From the NCBI GenBank assembly GCA_965279595.1, contig OZ257246.1:779767-811766 (forward strand): 32,000 bases of DNA, in the 5' to 3' direction. This stretch comes from Sphingobacteriaceae bacterium (GTDB lineage Bacteria; Bacteroidota; Bacteroidia; Sphingobacteriales; Sphingobacteriaceae). Shown one piece after another: positions 25,830-32,000 of this stretch. Below the pieces are notes generated by a model. It ran no database searches and was not told where the DNA came from. It saw nothing but the letters and a program-made list of their open reading frames with translations. Position numbers and translations under genes: made by a program. Each line of letters begins with the position of its first letter. Position 1 is the first letter of the stretch.

Positions 25830-26486
25830 ATGTCGAGAAATATAAAACATCGATCAGAAGAACATGAAGAAAATTGGTTGATCACGTATGCAGATACCAT
25901 CACTAATTTACTTGCGTTTTTTATATTGATAGTTTCGATGTCAAGAATTGATCAAAACATTTGGGCTGAAGTAAGTAAGGGCTTGAAATCAAAATTAAAT
26001 CAGAAAGAAGTTAAGACCAGTTTAAATACAGTGAAAGATCGCTTGGATTCTCTTTTAAAAAAAGAAGAACAAGCTGGTTTGATTGATGTGAAAATGGATC
26101 AAGATGGTATTAAAATGAATATCTTGAGCAGAGGTGTTTATAATTCAGGTGAAGCAGAATTGTTGGATGAGGGCAAGGGAATAGTTGACCGCGTAATTAA
26201 TGCAATAAATTCTACTAAAAGCAATACTTTTAAAATAGATGTAGAAGGACATACTGATGATGTGCCTATCAAAAATGATTTCTATAAATCAAATTGGGAA
26301 CTTTCAACTTCACGTGCTTCAAATGCTATCCAATATTTAATAGATAAAGGAATAAGTCCTGATAGATTAAAAGCTTCTGGTTATGGCGATACCAAGCCAC
26401 TATTCCCTAACAAAGATGTTAAGGGCAATCCTATTGATAAAAACAGAGCATTCAATAGAAGGGTTGTAGTTCGTATATATTACTAA
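25830..26486 (+). CDS. MotB-type stator subunit (TM with conserved Asp + OmpA-like peptidoglycan-binding domain)
   Basis: The N-terminus reads EENWLITYADTITNLLAFFILIV, the MotB channel helix with its critical Asp in the YAD context. The C-terminal OmpA_C-like part reads VEGHTDDVPI...SNWELSTSRASNAIQYL...LKASGYGDTKPL...NRAFNRRVVVRI. There is a 4-nt gap after the MotA-like gene. Confidence 0.88.
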   Translation: MSRNIKHRSEEHEENWLITYADTITNLLAFFILIVSMSRIDQNIWAEVSKGLKSKLNQKEVKTSLNTVKDRLDSLLKKEEQAGLIDVKMDQDGIKMNILSRGVYNSGEAELLDEGKGIVDRVINAINSTKSNTFKIDVEGHTDDVPIKNDFYKSNWELSTSRASNAIQYLIDKGISPDRLKASGYGDTKPLFPNKDVKGNPIDKNRAFNRRVVVRIYY

Positions 26487-26487
26487 A

Positions 26488-26841
26488 ATGAATCTGGAAA
26501 TAATTCGTGAGTATTGCCTTGCAAAAAAAGCAGTGGAAGAAGGATTACCTTTTGGTGAAGATGTTCTGGTTTTCAAAGTAATGGGGAAAATATTTCTATT
26601 GACTTCTTTGGATAACCCTATTAGCATTAACTTAAAATGCGAACCTGATTATGCAATTGAACTAAGAGAAAAATATGAAGAAGTAATCCCAGGATTTCAC
26701 ATGAATAAAAAAATGTGGAATACTGTTAGTATAAATGGAAGTCTTCATCAAAAATTTATTTTAGATTTAATTGATCATTCATATAACCAAGTTGTATTGG
26801 GATTTTCAAAAAAAATGAAAGAAGAATTAAACTCAATTTAA
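26488..26841 (+). CDS. MmcQ/YjbR family protein
   Basis: The 117-aa product reads IREYCLAKKAVEEGLPFGEDVLVFKVMGKIFLL...LKCEP..A.ELREKY..VIPGFHMNKKMWNTV, the typical YjbR pattern. The start lies 1 nt after the MotB-like stop. Confidence 0.75.
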   Translation: MNLEIIREYCLAKKAVEEGLPFGEDVLVFKVMGKIFLLTSLDNPISINLKCEPDYAIELREKYEEVIPGFHMNKKMWNTVSINGSLHQKFILDLIDHSYNQVVLGFSKKMKEELNSI

Positions 26842-26842
26842 T

Positions 26843-27079
26843 ATGTGGACAGAAGAAAATAATTGCTTGTCAAAAAAATTTCTATTTGATGGCTTTGTTG
26901 AAGCTATGAAATTCATCAACAAGGTTGCAACTGTTGCTGAAAGTTTAAATCATCACCCAACTATTATCAATACATATAATAAAGTAGAGTTGATTTTACA
27001 AACGCATGATAAAGGAAATACAGTAACAGAACTAGATTGGCAGCTAGCAAAAGAAATTGATCGAATAAATGAAATTTGA
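26843..27079 (+). CDS. 4a-hydroxytetrahydrobiopterin dehydratase (pterin-4-alpha-carbinolamine dehydratase)
   Basis: The 78-aa product reads F.F..FVEAMKFINKVATVAESLNHHPTIINTYNKVELILQTHD...T..D..LAKEID, with the conserved HHP motif. Confidence 0.85.
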   Translation: MWTEENNCLSKKFLFDGFVEAMKFINKVATVAESLNHHPTIINTYNKVELILQTHDKGNTVTELDWQLAKEIDRINEI

Positions 27080-27155
27080 AGAACTTTTATTTACTTTCTG
27101 CAATAAGTCAAATTAACTTATTACTAATATTGGAAAAAATTAAGATTGTTTTAAA

Positions 27156-28904
27156 ATGAAATTGTATCTCACCATCCTACTTGTTTTGTGTTTTTCATTA
27201 AATTCAAAAAGTCAAGAAAATTTAGTTAGTAACCAATCCACAACCTATGCTGATTGCATAGCCTTCTACAAAAAATTATCAGAAAAACATTATTTAGTAA
27301 CTATTGAAAAAGTAGGTATTACTGATATTGGTTTGCCATTGCAATTAATTAAAATTGAAAAAGATGGCGATAGCAAAAACAAAATTAGAATACTAATTAA
27401 CAATGGCATACACCCTGGAGAGCCTGAAGGAATTGATGCTTCTATGCAAATTGCTAAAAGTGTTGTTGGAGATCAATCAGAATTAGCTAGTTCAAAATTT
27501 AGTAAGTCTATTTTAGATAATTGTATCATTTATATTATTCCTGTATATAATATAGATGGAGCATTAAAAAGAAACAGTACTTCAAGAGCAAACCAAAATG
27601 GACCTGTTGAATATGGATTTCGTGCCAATTCTAAAAACTTAGACTTAAACCGAGATTTTATAAAAATGGATTCTAGAAATGCAACAACATTTGCTGAAAT
27701 TTTTCAAAGAATAAAGCCGCATGTTTTTATTGATACTCACACCAGTAATGGAGCAGATTATCAACATGTGCTTACCTATATAGCTACACAAAAAGATAAA
27801 TTACAAAAAGATTGTTCAGCAGTAATGACAAAGAAAATTATTCCTGTTCTTGAAGATAGTTTAAATAAAAAAAATTGGAAGCCTATACCTTATGTAAATG
27901 CTTGGACCGATCATCCTGATTCAGGCTGGTCAGCATTTTATGAAAGCCCAAGATTTGCAACTGGCTATGCAGCACTATTTAATTGTATTGGCTTTACTGT
28001 TGAAACACATATGCTCAAACCATTTGATCAAAGATTGTCTGCAACTTATGACTTTTTAAAAGCAATAATTGAAATTTCTAGCGACAATAAAAAAGCAATA
28101 ATGGATGCTAGGACAAAAGCTAATAAAGACGATTTATCAAAAAAATATTTTCCTTTAAATTGGAAAACTGATTCTAGCAAAATAAGTTCTCTTAATTATT
28201 TTGGCTATAAAGCAAAATATAAAAAATCAGAAGTAAGTGGAATGGATAGATTATATTATGACAAAGCTGAACCTACACAATTAAAAGTAAAATATTATAA
28301 TTCATACAAGCCCATAGATTCAGTAGAGAAACCTTATGCATATATCATTCCTTATGCTTGGGATGCAGTAATTAAAAGATTAAAAGCAAATGACATTGAA
28401 ATGGAACAACTGAATGTTAATGCTCAGTCACTAAACGTTCAAGTTTATTATATTGATGATTATAAAAGTGCGAGTCGCCCATATGAAGGACATTACAATC
28501 ATAGCCAAGTAAAGCTACATACTGAAACTCAAAATATAAGTTTTAGTGATAAAGATTATATAGTATTCACTAATCAACCATCTGTTCGTTTTTTAATTGA
28601 AACTTTAGAACCCAAAGCAGTAGATTCCTATTTCAATTGGAATTTTTTTGATGCAGTGTTAGCACAAAAAGAATATTTTTCAGATTATGTTTTTGAAGAT
28701 CTAGCAGCTGAAATATTAAAAAACAATCCGGATTTACAACAAAAATTAAAAGACAAAATTAATGCAGATCCAAAATTTGCAAGCAATGGGGCAGCACAAT
28801 TAGATTTTGTTTACAGAAATTCTTCTTACTTTGAAAAAAGTTATTTACGTTACCCAATTTATAGAGTACAAAAATCAAGTGATTTGAAATGGAGACAATA
28901 TTAA
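27156..28904 (+). CDS. M14 family zinc carboxypeptidase, secreted
   Basis: A signal peptide is present. The zinc-binding HxxE motif occurs in NNGIHPGEPEG. Further motifs are NRDF and the later His ligand context FTVETH. Confidence 0.8.
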   Translation: MKLYLTILLVLCFSLNSKSQENLVSNQSTTYADCIAFYKKLSEKHYLVTIEKVGITDIGLPLQLIKIEKDGDSKNKIRILINNGIHPGEPEGIDASMQIAKSVVGDQSELASSKFSKSILDNCIIYIIPVYNIDGALKRNSTSRANQNGPVEYGFRANSKNLDLNRDFIKMDSRNATTFAEIFQRIKPHVFIDTHTSNGADYQHVLTYIATQKDKLQKDCSAVMTKKIIPVLEDSLNKKNWKPIPYVNAWTDHPDSGWSAFYESPRFATGYAALFNCIGFTVETHMLKPFDQRLSATYDFLKAIIEISSDNKKAIMDARTKANKDDLSKKYFPLNWKTDSSKISSLNYFGYKAKYKKSEVSGMDRLYYDKAEPTQLKVKYYNSYKPIDSVEKPYAYIIPYAWDAVIKRLKANDIEMEQLNVNAQSLNVQVYYIDDYKSASRPYEGHYNHSQVKLHTETQNISFSDKDYIVFTNQPSVRFLIETLEPKAVDSYFNWNFFDAVLAQKEYFSDYVFEDLAAEILKNNPDLQQKLKDKINADPKFASNGAAQLDFVYRNSSYFEKSYLRYPIYRVQKSSDLKWRQY

Positions 28905-29503
28905 AAGCTATACCAGTTTCATCAGGCATTTTTATTTTTATTTTAGTTACATCAATTTATGCTTTCTATGAGAAAGGACATTTGATGCGTACTTTGATGC
29001 TACATCCATATAGCATTAGCAGAAAGAAAAATATTTTTACCATTATCACGAGTGGATTTATTCACTCTGATTGGAATCATCTTTTATTTAATATGTTTTC
29101 CTATTATTTCTTTGCCTTTACTTTAGAGAGAATTGTAGGTCACTGGCAATTTGCCGTAATTTATTTTTCAGGATTGGTATTGAGTGATGTAAGTACTTTA
29201 ATCAAAAATAAAAACAATCCAAGTTATTATAGCTTGGGGGCTTCAGGAGCTATTTCTGCAGTGTTGTTTAGTTATATTTTATTTGATCCTTTATCAAAAA
29301 TATACATTTTCATTATTCCGGTTGGAATTCCTGCATACATTTTTGCATTGCTTTATTTAGCTTATTGTATGTATGCTTCAAGAAATAAAGCAGACAATGT
29401 TAATCATGAAGCTCATTTTTGGGGTGCCGTAACAGGCTTAGTTGTTACTTGTATTTTGTATCCTCGTGTATTTTCTTTTTTTGTAAATCAGGTATTAGGC
29501 TAA
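28889..29503 (+). CDS. Rhomboid family intramembrane serine protease
   Basis: The profile shows six hydrophobic helices. Motifs are HSDWNHLLFNM, the catalytic GASGAISAVLF (GxSG) and a downstream His (HEAHFWGAVTG). It overlaps the upstream gene by 16 nt. Confidence 0.85.
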   Translation: METILKAIPVSSGIFIFILVTSIYAFYEKGHLMRTLMLHPYSISRKKNIFTIITSGFIHSDWNHLLFNMFSYYFFAFTLERIVGHWQFAVIYFSGLVLSDVSTLIKNKNNPSYYSLGASGAISAVLFSYILFDPLSKIYIFIIPVGIPAYIFALLYLAYCMYASRNKADNVNHEAHFWGAVTGLVVTCILYPRVFSFFVNQVLG

Positions 29504-29995
29504 AAGCAAAAGTACTTCATTCTTTTCTACTTTATCGCCTGGATTAATTTTTACACTTTTAATAACTCCATCAGTTGGTGATTTTAAAATGTTTTCCATT
29601 TTCATTGCTTCCAACACAACCAAATTATCCCCTTTTTTTATCTCCGAACCTTCTTGAACTAATACTTTTAATACTAGGCCTGGCATTGGAGCTTTTATAT
29701 CATTAATTTTTTTATTTGCTAAAGTGTCTAAGCCCAATGATTTCAATAAATCATCATATTGGTCTTTAATATTAAGCTCATATTTATTCCCATTCACTTT
29801 TATACTTGCCACTTTAGTTTCTCTATCTAAATTAATAAGTTCAGCAGTATAAGATTTTGTACCTAATAAAATACTAAACTTATTCTCAGAAGCCCTTGCT
29901 AATTGAACATCTTCAGTATTTCCAACAATTTTTAATCCTTCAGCATTTTTTTCTAAATCAAACTGAAAATTATTATTTACTTTAATGTGGTACAT
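29495..29995 (-). CDS. Biotin carboxyl carrier protein-type biotinyl domain protein
   Basis: The C-terminal biotinyl domain reads IKAPMPGLVLKVLV.EGSEIKKGDNLVVLEAMKMENILKSP..G.IKSV, with the AMKM biotinylation motif. Confidence 0.85.
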   Translation of the reverse strand: MYHIKVNNNFQFDLEKNAEGLKIVGNTEDVQLARASENKFSILLGTKSYTAELINLDRETKVASIKVNGNKYELNIKDQYDDLLKSLGLDTLANKKINDIKAPMPGLVLKVLVQEGSEIKKGDNLVVLEAMKMENILKSPTDGVIKSVKINPGDKVEKNEVLLLLA

Positions 29996-30012
29996 GTGTT
30001 TCTTAATTAATG

Positions 30013-30675
30013 TTAATGACTAAAAACATATTGAATAATATTTGCACCCATTTTTAGGGCCTTCTCATGCATCTCTGGTGTATCGGTTGGATAAGTTCCC
30101 ACTTCTTCCCAACCATTACCTAAATCACATTCGTAATCGTAAAAACAAACCAACCTGCCTTTATAAATTATACCAAATCCTTGTGGTCTTTTTCCATCGT
30201 GTTCATGAATCTTTGGCAAACCATTACTAAAATTATACTTCTGTGAAAATATAGGATGAGAGAAAGGGAGTTCAACAAAATTTAAATCTGGAAAAACTTT
30301 TTTCATTGATAATCTAACAAATTGATCCATTCCATAATTATCACAAATATGAAGAAAGCCTCCGCCCATTAAATAATTTCTCAAATTCTCTGCTTCTTGA
30401 TCTGAGAATACAATATTGCCATGTCCAGTTGCAAATACATAAGGATAATTAAACAACTCTGATGAACCTGGTTCTACAATAGATTCATCCTCATAAATAT
30501 TGCTATTCAAGTTTTTGTTACAATAAGAAATTAAATTATTTAGTGCAGTGCGACTAGAATACCAATCACCACCTCCATTATATTTTAATCTTGCGATTCT
30601 ATAAGTTGGATTAACAAATGAACTGCTTAACAGCAGAAAAGAAATTAAAATTAAAGTATAGAATCCTTTTTTCAT
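30013..30675 (-). CDS. DUF4159 domain-containing protein
   Basis: A signal peptide is followed by IARLKYNGGGDWYSSRTALNNL ... GGFLHICDNYG. This matches my memory of the Bacteroidota DUF4159 family signature. Confidence 0.65.
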   Translation of the reverse strand: MKKGFYTLILISFLLLSSSFVNPTYRIARLKYNGGGDWYSSRTALNNLISYCNKNLNSNIYEDESIVEPGSSELFNYPYVFATGHGNIVFSDQEAENLRNYLMGGGFLHICDNYGMDQFVRLSMKKVFPDLNFVELPFSHPIFSQKYNFSNGLPKIHEHDGKRPQGFGIIYKGRLVCFYDYECDLGNGWEEVGTYPTDTPEMHEKALKMGANIIQYVFSH

Positions 30676-30677
30676 TT

Positions 30678-31385
30678 CTAAAAATCTTGGTCAGCTAAAA
30701 TGGTTGCCATTAAAGCTGCGGTCTCTGTTCTTAATCTAGATTCACCTAAAGTAATTGCATTAAAATTATTTTTTATTGCTAATTCAATTTCATTGTTGCT
30801 AAAATCACCTTCAGGGCCAATTAAAATTAAATTTCGCGAATTATTACTTTCTTTCTTTATCTCAGCTATTGTTTTTTTTGAAGTTTCCAAACAATGTGCA
30901 ATCATTCTATTTTCATGATCAAATTTTTGCGCAATAAAATGATTGAATGATAGCATTCCATTTAGTTTTGGATGATATGCTTTTAAACTTTGCTTCATGG
31001 CAGATTCAATAATTTTATTCAAACGTTCAGGCTTTATTTCTTTTCTTTCAGAATGATCACAAAGTAAAAGTGTTATTTCATCTATCCCAACTTCAGTTGC
31101 CTTCTCTAAAAACCACTCAGTTCGTTCTATGTTTTTTGTTGGGGCAATGGCAATGTGCAAATAGTTCTTTCTCTTTTGAAATTCTCGTTTCACATCCACA
31201 ACCTGCACCATACAACGCTTTGGATGATTATCTATTATTTTGGTTTCGAAAAAACCACCCTGGCCATCAACTAAAAATATAATATCGCCATTCACTAAAC
31301 GCAATACTCTTGTACAATGCTTACTTTCTTCTTCATTGAGTTGATAAAGATCGGCATTGATATCAGGTGTATAAAAAAGATGCAT
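30678..31385 (-). CDS. rsmE: 16S rRNA (uracil1498-N3)-methyltransferase RsmE
   Basis: The N-terminus reads MHLFY...L.EEESKHCTRVLRL..GD. The C-terminus reads LILIGPEGDFS..E...A...F..ITLG.SRLRTETAAL (SPOUT knot). Confidence 0.88.
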   Translation of the reverse strand: MHLFYTPDINADLYQLNEEESKHCTRVLRLVNGDIIFLVDGQGGFFETKIIDNHPKRCMVQVVDVKREFQKRKNYLHIAIAPTKNIERTEWFLEKATEVGIDEITLLLCDHSERKEIKPERLNKIIESAMKQSLKAYHPKLNGMLSFNHFIAQKFDHENRMIAHCLETSKKTIAEIKKESNNSRNLILIGPEGDFSNNEIELAIKNNFNAITLGESRLRTETAALMATILADQDF

Positions 31386-31390
31386 TTGAA

Positions 31391-32000
31391 TTAATTGTGT
31401 GTATCAACAAGTTGATTGTCGTCGGTCATAGCTTGTATGAGAAACATACTCACCGACTCAATATTGTTTTTCTTTTTTGCCAATACTACAAAATGATATC
31501 CACCAAAATCAATCTCTTCACCAAGTTCTGGAATCTTTTCGAATATTACATTCATTAATCCAGCAACCGAATCATAATCATCATCTTCAGGAAGTGCAAC
31601 TGGCAAGAATTCATTCACATCTGAAATTGCAGAATGAGCATCAACAATAAATTCATAATCTGAAACAACCACAACTTTTGGTTTCTCTTCATCATGTTCA
31701 TCTTGAATTTCTCCAACTAACTCTTCAATGATATCTTCCATGGTTACTAAACCTGCAGTTCCTCCAAACTCATCTAAAACAATTGCAATGTTTGGATTTT
31801 TTTTATTTTTCATTTCAGTCAACAAATCTGCAATTCTTTTTGATTCAGGAATAAAAAACACGGGTCTGATCATGTCTTTTAATTGAATAGTTTGATCTTT
31901 CAATTCTTTCATCAACAAATCTTTTGCATGAATGAAACCAACAATTTCATCAATTGACCCTTTATAAACAGGCATTCTTGTATAGCCTTCATTAATTACA
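31391..32000 (-). CDS. CNNM/hemolysin-family protein (CBS pair + CorC_HlyC C-terminal domain), GldE-like, 5' part beyond the window
   Basis: The frame stays open to the window end (...VINEGYTRMPVYKGSIDEIVGFIH.KDLL). Further motifs are VLDEFGGTAGLVTMEDIIEELVGEI.DE.D and the CorC_HlyC-like tail (F.V.A...I.D......G.F.V). The ATG at 31975 is internal. Confidence 0.8.
   Translation of the reverse strand, partial: VINEGYTRMPVYKGSIDEIVGFIHAKDLLMKELKDQTIQLKDMIRPVFFIPESKRIADLLTEMKNKKNPNIAIVLDEFGGTAGLVTMEDIIEELVGEIQDEHDEEKPKVVVVSDYEFIVDAHSAISDVNEFLPVALPEDDDYDSVAGLMNVIFEKIPELGEEIDFGGYHFVVLAKKKNNIESVSMFLIQAMTDDNQLVDTHN

Noticed and set aside
21570-26486. The MotAB-containing cluster as a Zorya anti-phage system.
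   Set aside because: ZorA proteins are much longer than this 276-aa MotA-like protein and carry a long C-terminal tail. Zorya also needs ZorC/ZorD-type (or ZorE) nuclease or helicase partners, and none is present. The extra genes here are a FliG-like membrane protein, an OM barrel and a TPR protein.
24995-26486. The stator pair as ExbBD-TonB, TolQR-Pal, GldLM/PorLM or AglRQS.
   Set aside because: No TonB, TolA, TolB or Pal gene is adjacent. The channel subunit has the four-TM MotA layout with a large cytoplasmic loop. The partner carries an OmpA peptidoglycan-binding domain, unlike ExbD/TolR/GldM. GldL has two TM helices and GldM has a long periplasmic rod, and neither fits.
29495-29503. The 9-nt convergent overlap between the 3' ends of the rhomboid (+) and biotinyl-carrier (-) genes (TTAGGCTAA).
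   Set aside because: The overlap is real in the sequence, but it is a common consequence of compact genomes. No hairpin or other structure suggests a special function.
1517-31558. Short ORFs from the six-frame track that lie antisense to or nested within larger genes: 1517..1729, 2079..2405, 4058..4243, 10897..11151, 11569..11829, 13665..13853, 15625..15855, 16085..16285, 16766..17008, 20277..20471, 20516..20746, 26400..26627, 30042..30230, 30700..30918, 31070..31282, 31367..31558.
   Set aside because: Each overlaps a longer ORF that has clear family signatures. Their translations are low-complexity or Leu/Phe/Ile/Ser-rich, as expected for shadow frames in AT-rich DNA. None carries a recognisable motif.

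Overview
This is a visibly AT-rich, gene-dense bacterial chromosomal segment. Several signs point to Bacteroidota: a secreted nuclease with a T9SS-type C-terminal sorting domain, TAnnTTTG-type -7 promoter boxes, a DUF4159 gene, a GldE-like CNNM protein, and many TPR-sensor and beta-propeller-sensor kinases. Most of the window is housekeeping or signalling. It holds a TPR-adenylate cyclase, HD phosphohydrolase and tandem-USP neighbourhood, a propeller-sensor LytS-type kinase with a LytTR regulator, two tandem paralogous TPR/HisKA_3 kinases, M13 and M14 peptidases, a rhomboid protease, RsmE and one tRNA-Arg(CCT). The standout is a tightly coupled five-gene + strand operon at 21570-26486. It encodes (1) a bitopic inner-membrane protein with a periplasmic N-domain that looks like a FliF/SctJ ring-building motif and a cytoplasmic FliG-like middle plus C-terminal domain, (2) an outer-membrane beta-barrel protein with a CsgG/LpoB/FlgO-like periplasmic N-domain, (3) a small secreted TPR protein, (4) a MotA/PomA-type stator channel, and (5) a MotB-type plug/OmpA peptidoglycan anchor. 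No other flagellar gene is present in the window, and the cluster does not match GldLM, ExbBD-TonB, TolQR or Zorya. I interpret it as a candidate flagellar-motor-derived, envelope-spanning PMF machine in a likely non-flagellated lineage. Secondary oddities are a family of about 40-bp AT-rich repeats that bracket the tRNA with a perfect 22-bp inverted repeat and also bracket a second, empty cassette, a G4:G69 mismatch in the tRNA acceptor stem, and a roughly 1-kb ORF-free tract with apparent gene remnants. All homology calls come from reading the translated ORFs by eye against remembered family signatures. No database search was run.
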